From the NCBI GenBank assembly GCA_963693055.1, contig OY843751.1:416001-480000 (forward strand): a stretch of 64,000 nt of DNA. The letters run 5' to 3'. This DNA is from a bacterium. Its GTDB lineage: Bacteria > Zhuqueibacterota > Zhuqueibacteria > Residuimicrobiales > Krinioviventaceae. Below are positions 1-8,696 of this stretch, in pieces (positions within the stretch are counted from its first letter, which is position 1; each line of letters begins with the position of its first letter). The notes under the pieces are model-generated. The model was not told the origin of the DNA, did not search any database, and saw nothing but the letters and a program-made list of their open reading frames with translations. The position numbers and the translations under genes were made by a program.

Positions 1-11
1 ATTAAAGAATA

Positions 12-407
12 TCATTTATCATCCTTTAGGTTTTTTTCTTTTTCTCTTAAAAGGGCTTTGATTTTCTGGATCTCATCCATGCTTAACTCCTGCGAGTCTA
101 TGAGATAGTTCGCCATGGCGGGTACAGATCCTTTAAAGATACGAGAGGCAACGGAAGAGATTTCTGATTTTACCATATCTTTGCGTGACTCGACGGGTTT
201 GTAAAAATTGACCAAACCGATTTTTTCTGTATCCAGCATACCTTTTTTTACCAGGGTATTCATAATTGTTTGAACAGTGGTATATGCCTTTTCTCCATTG
301 GGGTAAAGTTTTTCTAATACATCTCTTACCGAGGGAGGATTCTGCATATTCCAAACTGCTTCCATGATTTCCCATTCAACCGGAGTCAGTTTATTGTTGG
401 GTGCCAT
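12..407 (-). CDS. BlaI/MecI/CopY family transcriptional repressor
   Basis: Typical family motifs LTPVEWEIMEAVW, AYTTVQTIMNTLVKKG and a C-terminal dimerisation helix. Its TGA overlaps an ATG at position 15 (ATGA), so a coupled gene runs off the window, probably a BlaR1/M56 partner (inference). Confidence 0.93.
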   Translation of the reverse strand: MAPNNKLTPVEWEIMEAVWNMQNPPSVRDVLEKLYPNGEKAYTTVQTIMNTLVKKGMLDTEKIGLVNFYKPVESRKDMVKSEISSVASRIFKGSVPAMANYLIDSQELSMDEIQKIKALLREKEKNLKDDK

Positions 408-432
408 CGTTTCTCCTATGATTGTAATTTAT

Positions 433-450
433 TTACTATAACTATAGTAA
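433..450. promoter_or_regulatory. Palindromic operator TTACTATA-AC-TATAGTAA, probable BlaI autoregulatory site
   Basis: Perfect 8-bp inverted repeat over the predicted transcription start of the blaI-like gene. BlaI/CopY repressors bind short TAC...GTA palindromes at their own promoters. Confidence 0.75.
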
Positions 451-478
451 TGATACTAAATTTATAATAACTTGTCAA
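450..478 (-). promoter_or_regulatory. sigma70-type promoter of the blaI-like gene
   Basis: Minus strand TTGACA (478-473), 17-bp spacer, TATCAT (455-450). Confidence 0.7.
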
Positions 479-986
479 GTATTTTTTTTAAGACTGTATT
501 TTTTTACTTATTAGGGAATTCTTTACCTAGGTATTTTTTATGAAAAGCTTTAGTTACATAATTGTAATTAGGGTTTTTGTGTTTTTAATGCAAGTTCAAA
601 AAAAACAATGTATGGAGTTGTGAGGATTTATAAATTATGTAAAATTTTGATTACATTTTTGGCATTATATTTGAAAAGAAAAATGACGGAAAAAGTATAG
701 CAACATTCTAGTATGGACCTTTCCAATGATGATTGTTGCTCCAACATAAAATTTGCCATTCATCTGATGATGTGAAACAGGAAGTATATGGGAGTTTTCA
801 ATTGATGTGTTTAATGCGGCAACCTATTATAAAATCAAATAATCTTTTATTCATTAAAAACAAAACTAACAAACACTAATATCTTTATAAAATATACGCA
901 TTAATGGTTTAACTAAATGCAATGGATATTAGTGCACTTGGATGTAAAAGTAATTTGTAAATCAACAACTAACCGAGGAGGGTTCT

Positions 987-3900
987 GTGAACCAAAACAG
1001 AAAACGTTACAACTATTTAAATCTTTGGACATTTTTTCTGATTCTTTTCATGGTCAGTGGATTTGTTCAAACACCTGCTATTGCACAGGATAATGTAGAT
1101 GGTGACGGCGGATTTGTTCCGTCCGGAAGCATCGAGTTTATGGGCTCGTCTGTTTCCACCAAAGATTACCGAATGACCCCTGCTGATAATGGGCTGCCAA
1201 AAACCGAAGGTGCAACCTATATGCAGGATACGGACAATGAGAATAACAGTCTCACCGGTACAGCTGATGGCGATATGGATAATTACTTGTATCGAGCAAA
1301 TTCACCAATTGAATTTAATATCTTTATGACCGGCGCGCTTCCTACTGAAAATGCAGTTTTAACTATTTATGCGTACGATGTTGATGAAGAAGCCGGAGAA
1401 ATAAACCAGGTGTATTTTAATGGTCATTTTCTTGGTAATATGACAGGAGCAAATGATGTCTGGAATACTACAGTTTTTGTACTGGATAAATCATGGGTCA
1501 AAAGCGGTAAAAACCTTGTTCAATATAATGTCGATGTAAATAATGCGGGATGGGCGACTGCAGTTGACTGGGGCCAGTTGGTTATAGACGGCGGTTCCAG
1601 GGGACAAGCTGATGTAGCTCAAATCGATTATGTTGATGAAACCATTGGCAGCAGTACTGTTGATGTCAATGTTAACGTTCCGGTAGAGATTATTGTACCC
1701 GGGAATTTCAAGATTGAGCTTAATTTTAAAGACCCCAGTGGTAATGTGATCACTTCTACTGCCAGAAATTTTACCGGAAGTAGTGTTGGCCAGATTGTAA
1801 ACCAGGCCTATGCGCTTTCATACCCCAAAAATAGTTCCTCAGGAACATATACGGTAGAAGCCATTGTGTTTGAAACCGAAGGCAATACCTTGCAGGTTTT
1901 TAAGACTTTGGGTTTTGAGCATACCTCGGGCTCCGGTCCGGTCAGCGCACCTGAAATCACCGTAAAAGGCCAGGGTGTTGAAATTGCAGACGGAAGCAGT
2001 TCAATTTCTACAGGCAACAATACCGATTTTGGTACAGTTGATACAGGCTCAAACAATGCACTTGTGTTTGCCATTGAAAATGAAGGTTCTGCGGATCTGG
2101 ACCTGACCGGTTCTCCGCTTGTAACTATTGGTGGTGCGAATGCTTCTGATTTTACCGTAACTTCAGCGCCTACAACACCCATTGCGTCAGGCGGAGGCAA
2201 AGTCTATTTTGAGATCACATTTGCGCCGACTGCCAGCGGTTCACGAACGGCAACAGTCAGTATTGCAAATAATGATGATGATGAAAATCCCTATAATTTT
2301 ACAATCGGTGGTGCCGGCAACCAAACGACCATGCCGGAAATTGATATCCGGGGTAATGGAGTATCTATTACATCTGGTGATACCAGTCCCGATGCTGGTG
2401 ATAACACTTTGTTTGGTAGTACCGATATTCAGGGCGGTACAATTAGCAAAACATTTGTTGTTCACAATACCGGTGATGCTTCATTGACAGTCAATAGTGT
2501 TTCTTTATCAGGAGTTAATGCCGGTGATTTCAGTATCACTACAGACCCGTCCGGTAGTATTGAAACGGGTAGTTCAGCCAATCTTGAAGTCAAGTTTGAT
2601 CCTTCTACTGTAGGCAACAAGACCGCACAAATCACGGTTAATAATAACGATGGTGATGAGAACAGTTATATTTTTACTATACAGGGCAACGGTGTTACCA
2701 ATCCCGAAATCGCGGTTACCGGTAATAGTAACGCAATTGCAGATGGTTCTAATACACCAGCAAGCGAAAATAATACCTTGTTTGGTACTTTGGACATTCA
2801 GGGCGGCAACGAAAGCAAAACCTATGTAATTAATAACAGTGGATCAGGCACCTTGACCATCAGCAGTGTTACCCTGGGTGGTACAAATGCCGGTGATTTT
2901 AGTATTACCACAAATCCCACCGGAACCGTAACATCAGGTGGAAATGCGAACCTGGTAATCAAGTTTGATCCTTCAGCAGCAGGCACCCGTAATGCAACCG
3001 TTTCGATTGCAAGTGATGATGCTGATGAAAATCCCTATACCTTTGCTATTCGCGGAACTGGTGAAGTGAATCCCGAAATTGCGGTTACCGGTAATAGTAA
3101 CGCAATTGCAGATGGTTCTAATACACCAGCAAGCGAAAATAATACCTTGTTTGGCTCTTTGGACATTCAGGGCGGCAACGAAAGCAAAACCTATGTAATT
3201 AATAACAGTGGATCAGGCACCTTGACCATCAGCAGTGTTACCTTGGGTGGTACAAATGCCGGTGATTTTAGTATTACCACAAATCCCACCGGAACAGTAA
3301 CATCAGGTGGAAATGCGAACCTGGTAATCAAGTTTGATCCTTCAGCAGCAGGCACCCGTAATGCAACCGTTTCGATTGCAAGTGATGATGCTGATGAAAA
3401 TCCCTATACCTTTGCTATTCGCGGAACTGGTGAAGTGAATCCCGAAATTGCGGTTACCGGTAATAGTAACGCAATTGCAGATGGTTCTAATACACCAGCA
3501 AGCGAAAATAATACCTTGTTTGGCTCTTTGGACATTCAGGGCGGCAACGAAAGCAAAACCTATGTAATTAATAACAGTGGATCAGGCACCTTGACCATCA
3601 GCAGTGTTACCTTGGGTGGTACAAATGCCGGTGATTTTAGTATTACCACAAATCCCACCGGAACCGTAACATCAGGTGGAAATGCGAACCTGGTAATCAA
3701 GTTTGATCCTTCAGCAGCAGGCACCCGTAATGCAACCGTTTCGATTGCAAGTGATGATGCTGATGAAAATCCCTATACCTTTGCTATTCGCGGAACTGGT
3801 GAAGTGAATCCCGAAATTGCGGTTACCGGTAATAGTAACGCAATTGCAGATGGTTCTAATACACCAGCAAGCGAAAATAATACCTTGTTTGGCTCTTTGG

Positions 3901-6900
3901 ACATTCAGGGCGGCAACGAAAGCAAAACCTATGTAATCAATAATAGTGGATCAGGCACCTTGACCATCAGCAGTGTTACCCTGGGTGGCACAAATGCCGG
4001 TGATTTTAGTATTACCACAAATCCCACCGGAACCGTAACATCAGGTGGAAATGCGAACCTGGTAATCAAGTTTGATCCTTCAGCAGCAGGCACCCGTAAT
4101 GCAACCGTTTCGATTGCAAGTGATGATGCTGATGAAAATCCCTATACCTTTGCTATTCGCGGAACTGGTGAAACCAATCCGGAAATTGACATGACCGGTG
4201 ATGGAAATCCCATCGTAAGTGGAGATACTACTCCCTCAAGTGTAGATGGGACCTTGTTCCCCACCATTGATGTGGATGACAGTACTTCAACAAGTACCTT
4301 TGTTATTAATAATCCCGGTTCTGGTGTTTTGAATATTACAAACATTCAAATTACCGGTGATAATGCCGGTGATTTTAGTGTAACCGTTGATCCTACAGGT
4401 ACAGTTGCTGCAGGTTCAACAGCGGATTTGGGACTTACATTCGATCCCTCTGCCGCAGGCGAACGCAACGCTACCGTAACCATTACTACCGATGACGCGA
4501 ATGAGGGTACATATACTTTTGCAATTCGTGGAAACGGTTATGTTACTTCTCTTGATTTTACAATGACAACCAATTACCAGGATTCCCCAAGTGCACCGGG
4601 AGAGTCATTGGCATTGGGTGCTTCTGTAAATTGGACATATATCTTGACCAATACCGGTTCAGTAACCCTGACCAATATTGCTGTGACAGATGATACAAAT
4701 GGTGTTGTTGGTACGATAGCTTCGCTGGCAGCAGGTGCCACCGATTCTTTGACCGCTTCCGGTAATGCAATCAGTGGTTTATATGCAGGCGGTGCTTCTT
4801 TTACTACTATCTATAATGGTAAAGAGGTTACCGGTTCTGATGCTTCTTACTATACTGGTATTGTTTCCACAATTTCCGGTCTGGTCTGGCATGATAAAAA
4901 TCGTGACGGTATTCAGGATGCAGGTGAAACCGGTATCGAGAATGTTAGTGTAAATATCTATGATGACGGCAGCAGTCTTGTCACTTCAGATACCACAGAC
5001 GCTGATGGTAACTTTACCCTGACCGAGCTTGAACCTGGTGATTATACGGTTGAATTTTCCGACTTGACTGCGCACTTTGTTTTCAGTCCCAAAGATCAGG
5101 GCGGCGACGATAGCGCAGACAGTGATGTTAATATAGCAACCGGTATTACCGATGTGGTAACCCTTGCCATGGGTGAGGTCCAAACCACCACAGACGCAGG
5201 TATTTATTATCCCGCAACCAAGGTAGCCGGATTTGTCTGGAACGATTTGAACCGTGACGGCAAACAACAGCACGAAGAACCGGGTGTTAAGGATATTGTT
5301 GTGACTCTGTATGACTCGTTGAATGTCGTTGTGGGTACCTATATACTTAGCGACGCAGATGGAAAATATGAATTTAACACACTGGATTTTGGAACGTATT
5401 CGGTAGGGTTTGCAGATATTCCTGCCAACTTTGCCTTTACCACCAAAGACCTGGGTGAAGATGATCTGATCGATAGTGACGCAGACCACTTTACCGGCAT
5501 TACGGATCCCTTTTTCATGCTGCCGGGCGACAGCTCGATGCATGTAGACGCGGGTTTGATCGAGATGACCGGCGTAGTTAGCGGCACTGTATTTATGGAT
5601 AAAAATGGTAATGGTGAACAAGATGAAGAAGAAAGTGCTCTGGCTGGAAGCAAAGTGCTATTGTTGGGCGCAAGCTCTGACAGTACACTCAGTAATGAGC
5701 AAGGCGGATACAAGTTTGCCGGTGTACCCGCGGGCAGCTATAAAGTAACTGTGAAAAACGATTCACTTGCTACATTCTATACCACAACCACGGGCGGCGA
5801 TACGCTGGCTGTAGTGGTAGAAGAAGGTGGAAGTGTTAGTAATTTAAACTTTGGTTATGAAAAAATATCAGGCTCTATTCAGGTTGTATTGTTTAATGAT
5901 GACAACCGTGATGGCTTGTTAAGCGACGGCGAAGTGTTGCTGCCAGATGTACAAGTCGTACTGGGAGATGTTACTGGTGCTGAATTGAACAGCCTGTCCA
6001 CAGACGCAGACGGCAGTGTGGTATTCCCGGATCTGGATTCAGGTGTATACCTGGTATCAGTCAATACCAAAGACTCTGATCTTCCGGAAGCCTACTGGCC
6101 AACCGTAGCCGACAATCCATTTTATGTAACGCTGACCCTTGATGATCCTCAGGTGAACACCCAGGTTGGGCTGAACACCATGAGCTCTGACGGTGGAATT
6201 ATAGGTGACTTTGTATGGCACGATTCCAACTGGAACCGCGTGCCTGAAGGTGACGAAGAAAAACTTCCGTACGTTATGATCTATCTGTACAGACTGATCA
6301 ATCCATCAAATGCGCGTGTGGGTCTTGACGGAAATATCATTCAGGAAAAAGTACTGGTAGACAGTGTCCGCACCAACTATTTTGGTAATTATTACTTTAC
6401 GGATGTAGAATCCGGCGAGTATTTTGTAAAAGCCCATGAACTCCAGTATTCTCAGGACAAAGAATGGATGATCACATCCCGTGACTCTATGTATGTAGAG
6501 ATCGGCGGAACTGATGTTAAACTGGACGCGGATTTTGGTTTTGCCGAAGAAAGCGAAGCGGAAACCGGAACCATTAAAGGCTTTGTATTTAACGATCTGG
6601 ATTCAGACAGAGAATACACAGATGGCGAACCGGGCCTTGCCGGAATCAGCGTGGAATTGTACAAAAAGAAAACACTGGTGGAAAGTGCGGTAACTGACGG
6701 TGACGGAAACGTAACCTTTAATGACGTGTTCCCTGGTGATTATAAATTAAGTGTAGACGGAGAATCTCTGCCATTGAATTACGCGGTAACCACCAATAAC
6801 GATCCTGAAGCGCTGTTCCTTGCAGGCTCTAGCGAATATGTTGGTCAGGGTTTTGGCGTGGCAGAAGAAGCTGACTGGGGCAAAACCCCGAACCGTATCA

Positions 6901-8630
6901 TTGCGGCATACCAGAGCGGATATGACGCGGATGGCCGTTACTGGTCACAAGACAATCTTGGCGGCACAGCTGACACCAGTCTGGTAGGCCAGTACAGCAG
7001 TGACGATGTAGATGTCATGGACTATCACATCCTTCAAGCCTGGGCCAGCGGTATTGACGGCTTTGCAGTGAACTGGTACGGCTGGTACTCGTGGGAAAAC
7101 CAGGGAGTTAAATCTCTGCTTGACCGCGCGGAACTGTTGAACGAACACTATGGCGACAAGGGATTCCATTTTGAGATCGCTGCCGCCATGAATGAAAACG
7201 CAAACGGTACACTGGACTCTAACCTGACCTATATCGCAGATTCTCTGCTGGCTCACAAAGCCTACTGGGGAACTGAACGCCAGGTAAAACGTCCGGTATT
7301 CATCAACAACCAGGAAGAAGCTTTACTGCTTCCGCAGACAATCAAGGCCTGCGCGGATACCACCATGCCAATGGACATTATGCTGGTATTCAACGGTGCT
7401 TATGATGATTCCGTAGAATATATGGATGTTATGTATCCGTCGTTGCAAACAGACCGTTATCCCTGGATGACCGGTGCACAGTTTGACGAAGCCTTTTTGG
7501 ATACAGTTTATACCCGCCTGGGTCAGATGGAACAGGCAGACCGCTCCGCTTTTACCGTGGGTGGTGTATGGCCGGGTTACGATGATCGTAACTGGGTAGA
7601 AGGACAGAACCAGTATGTAGACGCTGCAGATACCACGGTATTTGGTGCAAGCTGGCGCAAGATCCTTGAATATGAAGAACAATACTCGATCCCATGGACC
7701 ATGGTACAGTCATGGAACGATTACAATCGCGGCACCGCCATTGAACCGGGATTCGGATACAATTACAACTATAATGTATTGACTCGTGATTACGCGCGTC
7801 TTTACAAAGATCCATTGGTACCTGTAGATTCTGTAGGTGTTGCAGACATGGGTATGTTGGTACCGAGATACATTTACATGGCCAGACTGGCAGCCAAGGT
7901 ACATCCTGAAAACGCTTCAGCTATAGAGGCACAGGTAGACCAGGCATATAGTCAGTTCTTTGACCGTGATTATGAAACCGCCATAACCACCGCTAACAAG
8001 GCCGCGGGCCTGGTACCGCCTGCAATTATTGACGCTGTTGTAGAAAATACCAGCATCACAGTAAGCTGGGAAGCGGTAGCAACTGCAAATACCTATTATG
8101 TACATGTCAGCAAAGACAGCGCAAGTTATATTCCCTGTGCATTTGAAACCGCAGACATGATCAACGCGGGTAATGTAACCAGCTTTACGTTGAGTGAACT
8201 TGAATCCAACACCAAGTACTATATTGCGGTAACATCAGGCGATAGTACTTTGGGTCGGTTCATGGACAGCTGGTACCAGCATGCAGGCGGCAATGCCAGC
8301 ATAACCTCTGCGACAACCGGTGAAGAAGTGGTGACCGGAATTGCGGATGGTGAAAACGCATTACCAAAATCATTTGCACTGGACCAGAATTATCCCAATC
8401 CGTTCAACCCGAGAACGACCATCCAGTACGCTTTGCCCAAGAAACAGCATGTTTCCATCAAGCTGTATAACACATTGGGTCAGCAGGTGATGACACTGGT
8501 GGATAATGAACACAGTGCGGGATATTACAACGTACAACTTGACGGTTCCAGTTTGGGAAGCGGCATCTATTTCTATCGCATCATCAGCGATGACTTTACT
8601 GCCACCCGCAAGCTGTTACTTGTAAAATAG
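987..8630 (+). CDS. Giant secreted or surface modular protein: signal peptide, about 7 choice-of-anchor-D/Abhydro-ASPM-like Ig repeats, about 5 SdrD-B-like repeats, GH99/GH71-like domain, FN3-like domain, T9SS type-A C-terminal sorting domain
   Basis: GTG start after GAGGAGG. Repeats PEI.V.G...I.DG...DENPY.F.I.G; SdrD-B motifs ISGLVWHDKNRDGIQDAGE; GH99-like GQYSSDDVDVMDYHILQAWASGIDGFAVNWYG and VWPGYDDR; C-terminal FALDQNYPNPFNP...SGIYFYRI...RKLLLVK. Confidence 0.88.
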   Translation: MNQNRKRYNYLNLWTFFLILFMVSGFVQTPAIAQDNVDGDGGFVPSGSIEFMGSSVSTKDYRMTPADNGLPKTEGATYMQDTDNENNSLTGTADGDMDNYLYRANSPIEFNIFMTGALPTENAVLTIYAYDVDEEAGEINQVYFNGHFLGNMTGANDVWNTTVFVLDKSWVKSGKNLVQYNVDVNNAGWATAVDWGQLVIDGGSRGQADVAQIDYVDETIGSSTVDVNVNVPVEIIVPGNFKIELNFKDPSGNVITSTARNFTGSSVGQIVNQAYALSYPKNSSSGTYTVEAIVFETEGNTLQVFKTLGFEHTSGSGPVSAPEITVKGQGVEIADGSSSISTGNNTDFGTVDTGSNNALVFAIENEGSADLDLTGSPLVTIGGANASDFTVTSAPTTPIASGGGKVYFEITFAPTASGSRTATVSIANNDDDENPYNFTIGGAGNQTTMPEIDIRGNGVSITSGDTSPDAGDNTLFGSTDIQGGTISKTFVVHNTGDASLTVNSVSLSGVNAGDFSITTDPSGSIETGSSANLEVKFDPSTVGNKTAQITVNNNDGDENSYIFTIQGNGVTNPEIAVTGNSNAIADGSNTPASENNTLFGTLDIQGGNESKTYVINNSGSGTLTISSVTLGGTNAGDFSITTNPTGTVTSGGNANLVIKFDPSAAGTRNATVSIASDDADENPYTFAIRGTGEVNPEIAVTGNSNAIADGSNTPASENNTLFGSLDIQGGNESKTYVINNSGSGTLTISSVTLGGTNAGDFSITTNPTGTVTSGGNANLVIKFDPSAAGTRNATVSIASDDADENPYTFAIRGTGEVNPEIAVTGNSNAIADGSNTPASENNTLFGSLDIQGGNESKTYVINNSGSGTLTISSVTLGGTNAGDFSITTNPTGTVTSGGNANLVIKFDPSAAGTRNATVSIASDDADENPYTFAIRGTGEVNPEIAVTGNSNAIADGSNTPASENNTLFGSLDIQGGNESKTYVINNSGSGTLTISSVTLGGTNAGDFSITTNPTGTVTSGGNANLVIKFDPSAAGTRNATVSIASDDADENPYTFAIRGTGETNPEIDMTGDGNPIVSGDTTPSSVDGTLFPTIDVDDSTSTSTFVINNPGSGVLNITNIQITGDNAGDFSVTVDPTGTVAAGSTADLGLTFDPSAAGERNATVTITTDDANEGTYTFAIRGNGYVTSLDFTMTTNYQDSPSAPGESLALGASVNWTYILTNTGSVTLTNIAVTDDTNGVVGTIASLAAGATDSLTASGNAISGLYAGGASFTTIYNGKEVTGSDASYYTGIVSTISGLVWHDKNRDGIQDAGETGIENVSVNIYDDGSSLVTSDTTDADGNFTLTELEPGDYTVEFSDLTAHFVFSPKDQGGDDSADSDVNIATGITDVVTLAMGEVQTTTDAGIYYPATKVAGFVWNDLNRDGKQQHEEPGVKDIVVTLYDSLNVVVGTYILSDADGKYEFNTLDFGTYSVGFADIPANFAFTTKDLGEDDLIDSDADHFTGITDPFFMLPGDSSMHVDAGLIEMTGVVSGTVFMDKNGNGEQDEEESALAGSKVLLLGASSDSTLSNEQGGYKFAGVPAGSYKVTVKNDSLATFYTTTTGGDTLAVVVEEGGSVSNLNFGYEKISGSIQVVLFNDDNRDGLLSDGEVLLPDVQVVLGDVTGAELNSLSTDADGSVVFPDLDSGVYLVSVNTKDSDLPEAYWPTVADNPFYVTLTLDDPQVNTQVGLNTMSSDGGIIGDFVWHDSNWNRVPEGDEEKLPYVMIYLYRLINPSNARVGLDGNIIQEKVLVDSVRTNYFGNYYFTDVESGEYFVKAHELQYSQDKEWMITSRDSMYVEIGGTDVKLDADFGFAEESEAETGTIKGFVFNDLDSDREYTDGEPGLAGISVELYKKKTLVESAVTDGDGNVTFNDVFPGDYKLSVDGESLPLNYAVTTNNDPEALFLAGSSEYVGQGFGVAEEADWGKTPNRIIAAYQSGYDADGRYWSQDNLGGTADTSLVGQYSSDDVDVMDYHILQAWASGIDGFAVNWYGWYSWENQGVKSLLDRAELLNEHYGDKGFHFEIAAAMNENANGTLDSNLTYIADSLLAHKAYWGTERQVKRPVFINNQEEALLLPQTIKACADTTMPMDIMLVFNGAYDDSVEYMDVMYPSLQTDRYPWMTGAQFDEAFLDTVYTRLGQMEQADRSAFTVGGVWPGYDDRNWVEGQNQYVDAADTTVFGASWRKILEYEEQYSIPWTMVQSWNDYNRGTAIEPGFGYNYNYNVLTRDYARLYKDPLVPVDSVGVADMGMLVPRYIYMARLAAKVHPENASAIEAQVDQAYSQFFDRDYETAITTANKAAGLVPPAIIDAVVENTSITVSWEAVATANTYYVHVSKDSASYIPCAFETADMINAGNVTSFTLSELESNTKYYIAVTSGDSTLGRFMDSWYQHAGGNASITSATTGEEVVTGIADGENALPKSFALDQNYPNPFNPRTTIQYALPKKQHVSIKLYNTLGQQVMTLVDNEHSAGYYNVQLDGSSLGSGIYFYRIISDDFTATRKLLLVK
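2701..4176 (+). repeat. Four near-identical tandem 369-bp (123-aa) intragenic repeats
   Basis: The anchor atcccgaaat recurs at 2701, 3070, 3439 and 3808, and a diverged copy starts at 4177. Copies differ by only a few substitutions. Confidence 0.95.
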
Positions 8631-8655
8631 AGACCCATTTACCACCTCATATAAT

Positions 8656-8693
8656 AAAGCCCTTGTCTGGATATCCAGGTAAGGGCTTTTTTT
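8656..8693 (+). terminator. Intrinsic terminator between convergent genes
   Basis: aaagcccttgtctgg-atat-ccaggtaagggcttt followed by a T-run. Confidence 0.8.
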
Positions 8694-8696
8694 GTA

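Noticed and set aside
755-785. CTGATGA-tgt-GAAAC resembling a hammerhead ribozyme core
   Set aside because: There is no stem II closing pair, and I could not find compatible stems I and III with a UH cleavage site.
2701-4176. Long tandem repeats considered as a CRISPR array or DGR template/variable repeat pair
   Set aside because: They are in-frame coding domains without spacers, differences are not adenine-specific, and no cas or reverse transcriptase gene is in the window.
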